DNA of 64,000 nucleotides from an uncultured Allobaculum sp. (GCA_910577085.1 CAJTLE010000001.1:728-64727); one strand, 5' to 3'. Positions 18,624 through 28,794 are shown, counted from the stretch's first letter. Translations and numbers: made by a program. Notes: generated by a model from the sequence alone, not told the origin.

Positions 18624-18781
18624 GACTTCCAACTGGAGTCTGCTCTGTGTCTTACAGGATCTGACTGTCAGATTCAGTCAGATCTAAGCCTGTCAGATTA
18701 TGGCACCGGAACTCGATTTGGATTTTAAACGGAAAAGATCCTGGATTTTGCCAGGATGATTTAGAAAGCAGAGGCATTCTT

Positions 18782-20041
18782 ATGACCGAAACAATAACAG
18801 ATCCAAAGGATCTTCTTCATACACTTGATTACGCCACACCGGCCCCGCTCCCTTCGGCCTTAGCCGGCCGCCGACCAGAAGACATCAAGGTTCTGGTCGG
18901 CCTTTCCGGGGGCGTGGACAGTGCGATTGCTGCCTTTTTACTCTCGAAGCAGGGCTTTGATGTTACCTGCTGCTTCATGCGCAACTGGGACTCTTTTGCC
19001 AATAACGATGTGGCCGGCAACCCCGACCTGCTCAATCCTGTGTGTCCGCAGGAACAGGATTATCAGGATGCCAAAGCCGTTGCTGATAAACTAGGCCTTG
19101 AACTGCTGCGGGTTGATTTTGTCCGGGAGTACTGGGATGACGTATTCTCCGTCTTCTTAAAAGAATATGGCCGCGGCCGTACGCCAAATCCGGATATCCT
19201 GTGTAACCAGTTCATCAAGTTTGATGCCTTTTATCATTATGCGATGGACCACGGTTTTGATGCGCTGGCGACAGGTCATTATGCCTCCAACTTTGTTGAA
19301 GATGATTTTACCTGTCTGGCCAGAGCAGAGGACTTAAACAAAGACCAGACCTACTTTCTGGCACAGATTGCCGAAGAACCATTATCCCGTACGATTTTCC
19401 CACTGGGTACGCTGACCAAACCACAGGTTCGCGAAATTTCAAGGGAGCTGGAACTGGATTCCGTTTCTTCCAAAAAAGACTCCACCGGCATCTGCTTTAT
19501 CGGTGAACGCAATTTCCGCCAGTTTTTAAGCAACTATCTGCCTGCCAAACCGGGAAAGATCATTGATCTGGATTCCGGAACGGTCGTCGGTGAGCATCAG
19601 GGGGTTCTGTATTACACCATCGGCCAGCGCAAAGGTCTGCATATCGACCGCTTTAAAGGGCCATGGTTTGTCGCCGGCAAAAACGTCGAAACCAATGAGC
19701 TGTATGTGGCCAGAACTGATCAGCGGCACTGGCTGGATTCTGACAGTGCCCGCATTGAAAACATCAACTGGCTGGTTGAAGACGGCTATACCTTCCCGGA
19801 AAACTGCACCGTAAAATTCCGCTATCGTCAGGCTGATATTCCGGTCCGCCTGAAAGTGGATGGCAACACTGCCACTGTTTATTACCCGCAGAAAAGTGCG
19901 GCTGTAACCCCAGGTCAGGAAGCGGTTTTCTATGATGGCAAACGCTGCCTTGGCGGCGGTGTCATTGAACAGGTTTTCGACCAGGGTCAGGATCTTTTCG
20001 AAACCATCAGAAAGCGAGCTGAAAGTTTTGGCAAACACTGA
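18782..20041 (+). CDS. mnmA: tRNA 2-thiouridine(34) synthase
   Basis: PP-loop VLVGLSGGVDSAIAAFLL followed by CCFMRNWD; the length and C-terminal domain are typical of MnmA. Confidence 0.9.
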   Translation: MTETITDPKDLLHTLDYATPAPLPSALAGRRPEDIKVLVGLSGGVDSAIAAFLLSKQGFDVTCCFMRNWDSFANNDVAGNPDLLNPVCPQEQDYQDAKAVADKLGLELLRVDFVREYWDDVFSVFLKEYGRGRTPNPDILCNQFIKFDAFYHYAMDHGFDALATGHYASNFVEDDFTCLARAEDLNKDQTYFLAQIAEEPLSRTIFPLGTLTKPQVREISRELELDSVSSKKDSTGICFIGERNFRQFLSNYLPAKPGKIIDLDSGTVVGEHQGVLYYTIGQRKGLHIDRFKGPWFVAGKNVETNELYVARTDQRHWLDSDSARIENINWLVEDGYTFPENCTVKFRYRQADIPVRLKVDGNTATVYYPQKSAAVTPGQEAVFYDGKRCLGGGVIEQVFDQGQDLFETIRKRAESFGKH

Positions 20042-20066
20042 GACCGCCCAGGAATTATATGAAGAA

Positions 20067-22439
20067 ATGGATCCCCGGTTTGATCCCGCAACGGATCCAG
20101 TAATGAATCAGGAAGTGGATGTGGATCTGTCGGACGGATTTATTCCAGTCGGCAGTCTGTCCTTCGGAAAGGCACGTCTGGCATCGGATGATTTGTCCGA
20201 CCAGTCTTTCCAGCCCGCTTTGCCAGCCCAGGATCCGGCTTTAGATCAGGATGACGATCTGTTACAGGAACCCGAGGAACCACAGTGGCCTGTCTTTACC
20301 GGACAGATTGACCGGATTTATTTCAATCGGCCGGAATCGGGCTTTGTGATTGGGGCCATGCGGGAAGAGCAGATGAAAAAAACGATCCGGTTTAAAGGCA
20401 CGCTTCCTGGATGTGAAGTCGGCCAGCTGTGGCAGATTCAGGGAGGCTGGGTTCATCACGAAAAATATGGCGACCAGATTGAGGTCGATAAGGCCAGACA
20501 GTTAGAAAAAAGTTTTGATGAAGACCTCGTTCGCTTCTTTTCCTCTAACCGGTTTCCAGGTGTCGGAAAAGTCAGCGCAAAAAAGATTGTCGAGACCCTT
20601 GGAGAAGGGGCTATTACGACCATTCTGCAGGATCCGAGTGTCCTGACCGAACAATGCCAGCTATCTGAAAAACTTGCCTATGTAATCAAAGATGGTCTTC
20701 GCGGACTTGGCGGTAAGGGGCAGCAGATGGAACAGTTGCTGCGCTGGGGCCTGAATCAAAGAGACATCAACATGATTCAGCAGCTTCCGGATGATATGCA
20801 GGAAAATCTGCTCAAAGATCCGTACTGGGCTTTTTATAACGTCCGGGGGTTTGGCTATGAGTCCTCTTCAAAACTGGCAGATGGCTGTCATGTTCAAAAA
20901 GACGATCCCCGCCGCATTGAAGCGAATGTCTATCATCAGCTTCGGCAGATGGTTCAACGCTCCGGTTCTACAGCCATTACCCGCGCAAATCTTGCAGGAA
21001 TGTGCCAGGTCTCGGAAGAGCTTTTGACTCCGGCTTTAAAATCACTGATTCACCGTAAGCTCATCACAGTGCGGGACAACTTTGTCTATCTAAGCGAACA
21101 ATATCAGGCAGAGCTTTTAACCTCGGCCCTGATTTATACCCATCTTTTCCAGGTTGAAGCGCCTGAATACCAGACCATTGAAGCGGCCCTGCGCAAAGTC
21201 GAAAGACGCTATCGTATTCAATATGATAAGGACCAGCATAAAGCGGTTCATACGTTTCTCAACAATTCCATGATGATTCTCAACGGCGGACCGGGTACTG
21301 GTAAAAGTACCTTGCTTAAAGGCCTGCTGGCGATGATTCAGGAATTCTATCCGAGTCAGACACTCCTGCTTTGTGCCCCGACGGGTCGGGCAGCCAAGCG
21401 GATGAATGAACTTTCCGGCCGCAGTGCCCGCACTATCCATTCACTTTTAGGCTGGGATGCCGATCTCGATGCGTTTGCCCGCAATGAAAACCACCCGCTC
21501 AGCTGTGATTTTCTGGTCGTCGATGAGATGTCGATGGTTGACAACCGTCTGTTCTCCTCTTTGCTTCGGGCTTTGCCGGGGTATTGCCGGATTTTGCTGA
21601 TCGGAGATGAAGATCAGCTGGAAAGTGTAGGGCCGGGCAATGTGCTGCGCGATCTGATTGAATCAGGCAAAGTTCCCGTCGTCCGTCTGGAAACCCTGCA
21701 CCGTCAGAAAAAGGGAAGCGGAATTCCGCTGCTGGCCAGTGAAATCCGCAACAATCGCCCGGTGACGTTTGAGGATCCAGTGGCTTTTCTCAATGTACGA
21801 CAGGAAGAGACCATGGCTGCCCTCGAAAAGGTCATTGACGAGCAGGAAGATCCGACCAATGTGCAGATTCTTGCTCCACGCTATGGCGGCACAAGCGGCA
21901 TTCATGAAATCAATGCCATGATGCAGAATATTATCAATCCGTTTTCAACCTCGAAACCAGAGATTGCCATCAGCGTCACAACCTCCGATGGCAAACGGGC
22001 GATGACTTTCCGGGAGGGGGACAAAGTCCTGCTTAAGATCAATATGGCCGAACTGGATGTTTACAATGGCGATATTGGCGAGATTACTTCTGTCGATCCG
22101 ATGACCGGATCGTTGATCTGTGAGTTTAACGGCATCGAAGTCGAATTCACCAAGCAGGATCTGTACAACAACATTACCCATGCCTGGTGCATATCGATCC
22201 ATAAATCTCAGGGTTCTGAATACCCGAATGTCTGCCTGATTGCCGACTCGAATGGCGGGTCGATGCTTCGCAAAAGACTGTTGTATACGGCCATTTCGCG
22301 GGGGAAGGCCAAGCTTACGATTATTGGCAGTGAGTCACTTTTCCGCAATGGCGTCCGCACTCAGGAAAGCGACCGGCGGCAGACGACGCTGCAGCTGCGC
22401 ATGAATCAGTACTGGCAATACATGGCGCGAAAACTGTGA
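20067..22439 (+). CDS. recD2: RecD2-type SF1B ATP-dependent DNA helicase
   Basis: GGPGTGKST (Walker A), VVDEMSMVD (Walker B), GDEDQLESVGPG, SIHKSQGSEYP and LLYTAISRGK. Start placed at the first ATG after the mnmA stop; the track ORF begins at 19932 inside mnmA. Confidence 0.9.
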   Translation: MDPRFDPATDPVMNQEVDVDLSDGFIPVGSLSFGKARLASDDLSDQSFQPALPAQDPALDQDDDLLQEPEEPQWPVFTGQIDRIYFNRPESGFVIGAMREEQMKKTIRFKGTLPGCEVGQLWQIQGGWVHHEKYGDQIEVDKARQLEKSFDEDLVRFFSSNRFPGVGKVSAKKIVETLGEGAITTILQDPSVLTEQCQLSEKLAYVIKDGLRGLGGKGQQMEQLLRWGLNQRDINMIQQLPDDMQENLLKDPYWAFYNVRGFGYESSSKLADGCHVQKDDPRRIEANVYHQLRQMVQRSGSTAITRANLAGMCQVSEELLTPALKSLIHRKLITVRDNFVYLSEQYQAELLTSALIYTHLFQVEAPEYQTIEAALRKVERRYRIQYDKDQHKAVHTFLNNSMMILNGGPGTGKSTLLKGLLAMIQEFYPSQTLLLCAPTGRAAKRMNELSGRSARTIHSLLGWDADLDAFARNENHPLSCDFLVVDEMSMVDNRLFSSLLRALPGYCRILLIGDEDQLESVGPGNVLRDLIESGKVPVVRLETLHRQKKGSGIPLLASEIRNNRPVTFEDPVAFLNVRQEETMAALEKVIDEQEDPTNVQILAPRYGGTSGIHEINAMMQNIINPFSTSKPEIAISVTTSDGKRAMTFREGDKVLLKINMAELDVYNGDIGEITSVDPMTGSLICEFNGIEVEFTKQDLYNNITHAWCISIHKSQGSEYPNVCLIADSNGGSMLRKRLLYTAISRGKAKLTIIGSESLFRNGVRTQESDRRQTTLQLRMNQYWQYMARKL

Positions 22440-22498
22440 GCAATCGCTTCGTTTTTGGAATGGTTTCAATTGATCCTTGCCTAAAATGGGAGGATTGT

Positions 22499-22528
22499 TT
22501 TACATCTTTGCGCGAATCAGTCTATAAT
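22499..22528 (+). promoter_or_regulatory. Sigma-A-type promoter of the alaS leader
   Basis: TTTACA, an 18-nt spacer, then TATAAT (22523-22528). Confidence 0.55.
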
Positions 22529-22534
22529 ACGATT

Positions 22535-22746
22535 TGCAGTGCAGACAGGGAAAAGAAGCAGTGTTTCGGATAGAAGAGAGCAGCGGTTGGTGAAAAGCTG
22601 CCCGGAGTCTGTTTTACGAGCCGCCCTCGAGCTGCCGCTTCCGGCGATATCGGAGAATTAAGGGTACTTTCCGCACAATGACAAGGAAAGTAAACCGGGA
22701 TGGTAACGCGTGTTCAACGTTCCTGGAGACAGGGACGTTTTTTTGT
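22535..22746 (+). promoter_or_regulatory. T-box riboswitch leader (Ala) controlling alaS
   Basis: AGAGAG bulge plus a TTGGTGAAA distal loop (stem I). T-box sequence AACCGGGATGGTAACGCG (22692-22710). Terminator AACGTTCCTG/CAGGGACGTT plus T7 (22716-22746). Candidate GCC specifier at 22620-22622. Confidence 0.8.
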
Positions 22747-22902
22747 GCTTTGTCAAAAAGTGCACAAGCAGCGGAATGCTGATCGTCCCGATCCAGTAAA
22801 AGATGGGTTTTTCCCTTACTTATTCTTACTTATCTTTAATTATTCGATATCCTGACCAGGCAGCAAGACAGGCCATGTCTGATGCGAAAGGAGAAAAACG
22901 AC

Positions 22903-25536
22903 ATGAAACAGCTGACAGGTAACCAGGTCAGACAGATGTTTCTGGACTATTTCAAGTCTAAAGATCACATGATCGAACCAGGAGCAAGTCTGGTTCCACA
23001 CAACGACCCGACTCTTTTATGGATCAACGCGGGAGTTGCAGCGCTGAAAAAATATTTTGATGGTTCTGAAAAACCGAAAAAGAACCGTATTGCCAACGCG
23101 CAGAAGTCTATCCGGACCAACGACATCGAGAATGTCGGAAAAACGGCCCGTCACCACACATTCTTTGAAATGCTGGGCAACTTCTCCATTGGTGACTACT
23201 TCAAAAAAGAAGCCATTCCATTTGCATGGGAATTCTTAACCAGCCCGGAATGGATCGGTTTTGATCCAGAAAAGCTGTACATCACGGTTTATACCGATGA
23301 CGATGAAGCCTACCGGATCTGGACTGAAGTGTGCAAAGTAGATCCAAGCCACATTCTGAAAACACACGAAAACTTCTGGGAAATCGGTAAAGGCCCAGGT
23401 GGACCAGACACGGAAATCCACTATGACCGTGGACCAAAATACGATCCAGAAGGTCTTGGCGAAAAACTGTTCTTTGATGAAATGGAAAACGACCGTTACA
23501 TCGAAGTCTGGAACGTCGTATTCAGCCAGTATGACTGCAACCCTGAAATCGACCGCAAAGACTACAAAGAACTGCCACAGAAAAACATTGATACCGGTAT
23601 GGGTCTCGAACGTCTGGTCGCTCTGATTCAGGATGGCGAAACCAACTTTGATACCGACCTGTTCTTACCAATCATTCATGAGACAGAACGTCTTTCCGGC
23701 AAGAAATACGAAGGCGACAACAAGATGGCTTTCCGCGTTATTGCCGACCATATCCGTACACTTGTCTTCGCTTTAAGTGATGGCGCAGGCTTCTCGAACT
23801 CCGGCCGCGGCTACGTTTTAAGACGTGTTCTGCGTCGTGCTGTTCGTTTCGGTCTGAAACTCGGTCTGGACGAACCATTCTTATACCGTCTGGTTCCAAC
23901 CGTTTCCGAAAACATGAAAGAGTTCTATCCATACCTGATGGATCACATTGAAGAAAACGAAAAAGTCATCCGTCGTGAAGAAGAAACTTTCAAGAAGACC
24001 CTGAAAAACGGTCAGGCTCTGCTCGACGAAGAAATGGCCAAAGCCAAAGATGGCAAACTGAGCGGTGAAGTTACATTCAAACTGTATGACACCTATGGCT
24101 TCCCATTTGAAATGACTCAGGAAATCGCTGAAGAAAACGGTCTGAAAGCTGACCGCGCTGATTTTGATGCTCAGATGGAACAGCAGAAAGAACGTGCAAG
24201 AGCGGCAAGAAGCAAAGAAGATTCCTTCGGTAAACAGAACGAAGAACTGATGAACTTCACTGAAACCTGCACATTCACCGGTTACGATCACTATGAAGAC
24301 GATGGCCGTGTCATCGCTCTGTTCAATAAAGAAGGCCACATGGTCGATGAACTGTCTGACGAAGGTCAGGTCATCCTCGATGTCACTCCATTCTATGTAC
24401 AGTCCGGTGGTCAGGTTGCTGATACTGGTACATTAACTGGCGAAGATGGCGTAAAAGCCCATGTTGTTGACGGGATTAAGACTCGCAACAAACAGCACCT
24501 GCTTCAGGTTGTTGTCGATGAAGGCGAACTTCATGTCGGCGATCGTCTGCATCAGGTTGTTGATGTTGAACGTCGAATCAACACCACTGCCAACCACTCT
24601 GCAACTCACCTGCTGCAGTCTGCTCTGAAATCCGTTCTTGGTGATGGCATTCACCAGGCAGGAAGCTACGTTGGCCCAGAATACTTACGTTTTGACTTCA
24701 ACTACCGTGACAAACTGACTCCAGAACAGCTCGAAGACATCGAAAACAGAGTCAATGTCATGATCGAAGACGCTCTTCCTGTAACCAAGGAAATCATGCC
24801 AATCGAAGAAGCCAAGAAAACAGGCGCAACTGCTCTGTTTGATGAAAAATACGGCGACGAAGTCCGCGTTGTTACCATGGGTGACGTATCCAAAGAATTC
24901 TGTGCCGGCTGCCATGTTGGCAACACCAACGAAATCGGTCTGTTAAAGATCGTTGGTGAAGAATCTATTGGTTCCGATACCCGTCGTATCACGGCCAAGT
25001 CCCGTAAGGCTGCTTACGATGACTTTGCCGCTCAGCAGAAAATGCTTGAGCACATTGCCAAGACTGCAAAAGCAAAAGGCATCAAGAATCTGACTGACAA
25101 GATCGACTCTTCCTTCGAGCAGATGAAAGAAATGCAGAAAGAAATCGCCGATCTGAAAAACCAGATCTTCACCCTGAAATCCAAAGAATGGGCAAGCCAG
25201 GCCAAAGACATCAATGGTCTGCATGTTCTGACTAAACAGGTCAGCGGCATGGATGGCAAAGCCCTTAAGGAAATCGCTTCTACGCTCAAAGGCAATGACG
25301 ATTCCATGGTTGTTGTTCTGATTTCCAATAACGATGGCAAATTGGCGATTGCAGCTGGTGCTGGTAAAGAAGCCGTAAAACGCGGTGTTCATGCTGGTAA
25401 GATCGTTAAAGAAGCAGCTGCCATTACCAATGGTAAAGGCGGCGGAAAACCAGACCTGGCTCAGGCCGGTGGATCCGATGCTTCCAAGATTGATGAAGCA
25501 CTGAACAAAGCCAAATCCATGGTTGAAGAAATCTAA
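22903..25536 (+). CDS. alaS: Alanine--tRNA ligase
   Basis: Typical AlaRS N-terminus (QVRQMFLDYFKSKDHM..., FFEMLGNFSIGDYFK) and editing-domain HxxxH (HSATHLL). ATG 22903 follows an AAAGGAG SD. Confidence 0.95.
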   Translation: MKQLTGNQVRQMFLDYFKSKDHMIEPGASLVPHNDPTLLWINAGVAALKKYFDGSEKPKKNRIANAQKSIRTNDIENVGKTARHHTFFEMLGNFSIGDYFKKEAIPFAWEFLTSPEWIGFDPEKLYITVYTDDDEAYRIWTEVCKVDPSHILKTHENFWEIGKGPGGPDTEIHYDRGPKYDPEGLGEKLFFDEMENDRYIEVWNVVFSQYDCNPEIDRKDYKELPQKNIDTGMGLERLVALIQDGETNFDTDLFLPIIHETERLSGKKYEGDNKMAFRVIADHIRTLVFALSDGAGFSNSGRGYVLRRVLRRAVRFGLKLGLDEPFLYRLVPTVSENMKEFYPYLMDHIEENEKVIRREEETFKKTLKNGQALLDEEMAKAKDGKLSGEVTFKLYDTYGFPFEMTQEIAEENGLKADRADFDAQMEQQKERARAARSKEDSFGKQNEELMNFTETCTFTGYDHYEDDGRVIALFNKEGHMVDELSDEGQVILDVTPFYVQSGGQVADTGTLTGEDGVKAHVVDGIKTRNKQHLLQVVVDEGELHVGDRLHQVVDVERRINTTANHSATHLLQSALKSVLGDGIHQAGSYVGPEYLRFDFNYRDKLTPEQLEDIENRVNVMIEDALPVTKEIMPIEEAKKTGATALFDEKYGDEVRVVTMGDVSKEFCAGCHVGNTNEIGLLKIVGEESIGSDTRRITAKSRKAAYDDFAAQQKMLEHIAKTAKAKGIKNLTDKIDSSFEQMKEMQKEIADLKNQIFTLKSKEWASQAKDINGLHVLTKQVSGMDGKALKEIASTLKGNDDSMVVVLISNNDGKLAIAAGAGKEAVKRGVHAGKIVKEAAAITNGKGGGKPDLAQAGGSDASKIDEALNKAKSMVEEI

Positions 25537-25569
25537 GCAATCTCTTATCCCATTTGAATTTGTGATGAA

Positions 25570-25601
25570 AGCCGAGGATATGAATATCCTCGGCTTTTTT
25601 G
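25570..25601 (+). terminator. Rho-independent terminator of alaS
   Basis: GCCGAGGATAT / ATATCCTCGGC stem followed by TTTTTT. Confidence 0.8.
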
Positions 25602-25616
25602 ATTGAAAACGCCGAG

Positions 25617-25676
25617 AAAGAAAGCCCAGAAAGAAAGCCCAGAAAGAAAGCCCAGAAAGAAAGCCCAGAAAGAAAC
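25617..25676. repeat. 13-bp tandem repeat (AAAGAAAGCCCAG) x4 plus a partial fifth unit
   Basis: Perfect units at 25617, 25630, 25643 and 25656, with a partial AAAGAAAC at 25669. The repeat is intergenic. Confidence 0.95.
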
Positions 25677-26602
25677 AGGAAGAAAAAAGAAAGATCGGCA
25701 GCAAGCCCAAAAACTGGAAATGATCGGAGTCAGTCTGGCTGAAGTCCTCCAGGAAGTTTTTTGTTGAGATGAAAAATGACGTAAAACCATACATTTTGAG
25801 TGAAATCTGCCACAGACAGGGAAAATATGCAAGATTGAATTTCAAAGTCGATTCTTGAAAAAGAAAGGACGGGTTCAAACCGTTCAGAACCACCCATTCA
25901 GCCAGCGCTGGAAAACAAACTGAAGCGGGTAAGTCTGTCGGTCGATTTGAAAGCAGAAATCTTACAGCCTGCTTTGAAAAGAGCGAGTCAGGTCTGTGGT
26001 CAGATGGGTGGTCTGACTGCGCTCCTGTAACAAAGTCTGTTGATTTGAGGCAGAAAGAAAGCCCTGAACCGGTGGGCAGTTCAGGCAAGACCATGACTTA
26101 ACAGACCTGTCAAGGAAACTTTGTTATTCTAAATCAGATACGCCCAATTTGCCCCATAACAAAGTGGATTTCAATTCAAACGATCCTGATCAATGGGCAG
26201 GATTGTCCAAAAAGAAAGCCAGGTTGATTCTGGTCTTTTCAAGGATGTTTACTCAAGGCAATCCAAAGCCCAAAGGAAGGTAATTCACCAAGTCCTGCCA
26301 TCGGTTTTCTGATCAAATCAGCAGTATTGAACTGCCCAATCGGCTAAGGTATTCATAAACATGGCTGAACGGATCTGCCAGTCCATCCGGCCGCAAGCCC
26401 TGTAACAGGCAGACTGTACAGGGAAAACGGCAGGTTCAGCTATGATCATAAAAAGCTGCTGACAGACTCAGATTTTTGAAGAAAAGTGGGGTAATCGCCA
26501 ATAAAAAGTCCCATTTTTTGAAAACTGGTGGCAAATCTGAGCGTCTTTTCAAGAAATGAGGATTGGTGTATCATATAAGCGCTTTAACAAGGAGGGTTAA
26601 CA

Positions 26603-26854
26603 ATGGCTAATATTACAGAAACAGTAATGTTCACCACCGAAAAGATTCGTCGTGAAAATATTAAACGTATTCTTCGGGAAGTTTCTGAAGCTCTTGAGGA
26701 AAGGGGATATAACTCCGATAACCAGATTGCCGGTTATCTGATCAGCGCGGATCCGGCCTATATTTCCTCCTACAAAGATGCCCGGAATACCATTCAGAAA
26801 GTGGAACGCTACGAGATTATTGAAGAACTCGTCAGAGCGTACCTGGAGAAATAA
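26603..26854 (+). CDS. IreB-family regulatory phosphoprotein (UPF0297/DUF965)
   Basis: 83 aa, with EVSEALEERGYNSDNQIAGYLISADPAYISSYKDARN typical of the family, and conserved position upstream of ruvX. Confidence 0.8.
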   Translation: MANITETVMFTTEKIRRENIKRILREVSEALEERGYNSDNQIAGYLISADPAYISSYKDARNTIQKVERYEIIEELVRAYLEK

Positions 26855-27288
26855 TGGAAAGACTGATCGGGCTTGATCTTGGTTCAGTCACCTGCGGTGT
26901 TGCCATCAGCGATCCGTTAGGCATGATTGCCAGAGCTCTTACAACAGTACGCTTCGCACCGGACGATTACGATACGGCCCTGGCGGAAGTACTGAAAATT
27001 ATTCGCGAAAACAAAGTTAAAAACGTAGTCCTTGGTCTTCCCAAACACATGAATGGCGACATCGGTGTTCGTGGTGAGATCTCACAGAACTTCGCTAAGA
27101 AGCTGGAGGAAAACGGAATCCACGTCGATTTGTGGGACGAACGCCTGACCACAAAGGCAGCAGAAAAAATTCTGATTTCAGCGGACCTGTCCCGCAAAAA
27201 ACGGAAAAAAGTAATCGATCAGATGGCAGCAGTACAGATTCTGCAAAGCTATCTCGACCGTAAAAATGGCGGTCTTGTTTCGTTTTAA
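26854..27288 (+). CDS. ruvX: Putative pre-16S rRNA nuclease / Holliday junction resolvase-like YqgF
   Basis: LIGLDLGSVTCGVAISDPLG N-terminal motif; TAATG overlap with the upstream gene. Confidence 0.9.
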   Translation: MERLIGLDLGSVTCGVAISDPLGMIARALTTVRFAPDDYDTALAEVLKIIRENKVKNVVLGLPKHMNGDIGVRGEISQNFAKKLEENGIHVDLWDERLTTKAAEKILISADLSRKKRKKVIDQMAAVQILQSYLDRKNGGLVSF

Positions 27289-27397
27289 TCAAGTTTTTCC
27301 AGGGGCAAAATATTATTTTTGCCCCTTTATTGTTTTGGTGCAGCTTTCAGGTTCTTTGATCAGGGAATGAACCGGAAGTCAAAAAGGAGGACATTAC

Positions 27398-27658
27398 ATG
27401 ATTGATTCAAATTCTTTATATGTGAAGGATGAAGACGGCAACGAAAAGAGAATGATCATTCTGTTTACATTCAGCAGTGATGATTATGGCAAATCGTATG
27501 TTGTTTTCCAGGATCCGGAAAATGAAACCGGTGAAATCTATGCGTCGGCCTACAATGATGATGGCGAACTGCTCCCAATCGAAACTGATGAAGAATGGGA
27601 TATGGTAGAAGAAGTCATCAATACGTTCGTCTCCGACGAGGAAGAAACGGATGACTAA
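27398..27658 (+). CDS. DUF1292 family protein
   Basis: Small acidic protein ([15 protein letters not shown]...YVVFQD) in the conserved ruvX-DUF1292-mltG position. Confidence 0.75.
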   Translation: MIDSNSLYVKDEDGNEKRMIILFTFSSDDYGKSYVVFQDPENETGEIYASAYNDDGELLPIETDEEWDMVEEVINTFVSDEEETDD

Positions 27659-28748
27659 AAGGAAGGTCCGAAAAAAAAGTCATAAGGGGTTATGGATAAC
27701 ACTGATTCTTCTGATTGTTCTTGCCGCAGGAGCGGGCGGGGCGTACTTCTGGTACTCTTCTTCGCTCAAACCAGTCGGTGGGGAGGAACAGAAGATCGGA
27801 ATCGAAATTGATCAAGGGGAAGGCCTGAATACATTACTGCATCAACTGAAGGAAAAAGGCCTCATCAAATCTGAAGAGGCCGCAAAGATTTATGGCAGAC
27901 TGGAAAATCCAGAGATGTATGCCGGAACGTACGAACTCTCGCCAACGATGAGTGTTCCAGAAATCTTTGCCTATCTGGCCAATCCGGCCAACGCCGTTAC
28001 GGACTATATCCCGGTCATGATTCCAGAAGGAACATGGGCCAAAGATACTGCTCAGATCCTCGCGGATGAAGTTCCAAATCTGAGCAAAGACGAGTTCATG
28101 CGGCTTTGGAATGACGATGCCTATATCGAACAGCTGGCTGCGGAATATCCATTCCTGGATCCATCCAAGCTGGAAAACGATCAGTACTTCGTCAAGCTGG
28201 AAGGCTACCTGTTTCCAGATACATATTATGTCGGTCTGGATGCAAACGAAGACCAGGTCACACGGATGATGCTGGACCGCTTCAATGAAGTCTATGCCGC
28301 CCATCAGGCAGAAATCGATAACTGCGGGCGCTCCATTCAGGATCTGATCACGCTGGCCAGTGTGATTCAGTTTGAAAGCGGCGATCCATCCGAAATGAAT
28401 GACATTTCCGGCGTGTTCGTCAACCGCCTCAATCACGGAATGCCATTAGAAAGTTCCGTGACGGTCTGCTATGCACTGTACGATGATTTCAACTCAGGTG
28501 AAGACTGCGAAACCAATACGCAGATTGATTCCCCCTACAACACTTACTTACATTCAGGACTGCCGATTGGGCCGATTCTCAATCCAGGCGAAGATGCAAT
28601 CATGGCGGCTTTACGGCCGACCGGACACGATTATCTGTTCTTCGTTTCCGATGTGTATGGGGATGGAAAGACGTACTTCGCCAGAACCTACGATGAGCAT
28701 CTTGCCAACATCGATCGATTCAATTTGCAGATTTCTGATTCTCAATAA
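27651..28748 (+). CDS. mltG: Endolytic murein transglycosylase (YceG-like)
   Basis: N-terminal TM anchor and a YceG-like body ([28 protein letters not shown]). Confidence 0.9.
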   Translation: MTKRKVRKKSHKGLWITLILLIVLAAGAGGAYFWYSSSLKPVGGEEQKIGIEIDQGEGLNTLLHQLKEKGLIKSEEAAKIYGRLENPEMYAGTYELSPTMSVPEIFAYLANPANAVTDYIPVMIPEGTWAKDTAQILADEVPNLSKDEFMRLWNDDAYIEQLAAEYPFLDPSKLENDQYFVKLEGYLFPDTYYVGLDANEDQVTRMMLDRFNEVYAAHQAEIDNCGRSIQDLITLASVIQFESGDPSEMNDISGVFVNRLNHGMPLESSVTVCYALYDDFNSGEDCETNTQIDSPYNTYLHSGLPIGPILNPGEDAIMAALRPTGHDYLFFVSDVYGDGKTYFARTYDEHLANIDRFNLQISDSQ

Positions 28749-28794
28749 AAAACGTGATACTATTTTAATGTTTTGAAATCTGGAGGATTGAAAC

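Noticed and set aside
19932-20066. Track start of the RecD2 ORF, 110 nt inside mnmA
   Set aside because: The extension overlaps the mnmA coding sequence in another frame and has no SD. The first ATG after the mnmA stop (20067) is the more plausible start.
25617-25676. Tandem repeat considered as a CRISPR array
   Set aside because: The units are 13 bp and directly abutting with no spacers, and no cas genes are nearby.
24943-26094. Long minus-strand ORF (383 aa) overlapping the 3' end of alaS, plus similar long antisense ORFs at 38485-39300, 39709-40548, 51840-52754, 61120-61944, 7167-7814 and 5537-6067
   Set aside because: All lie antisense to genes with unmistakable motifs (alaS, pnp, rqcH, nusA) or to the better-supported operon genes. 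Their translations are low-complexity and F/L/S-rich, with no start context. They are typical shadow ORFs.
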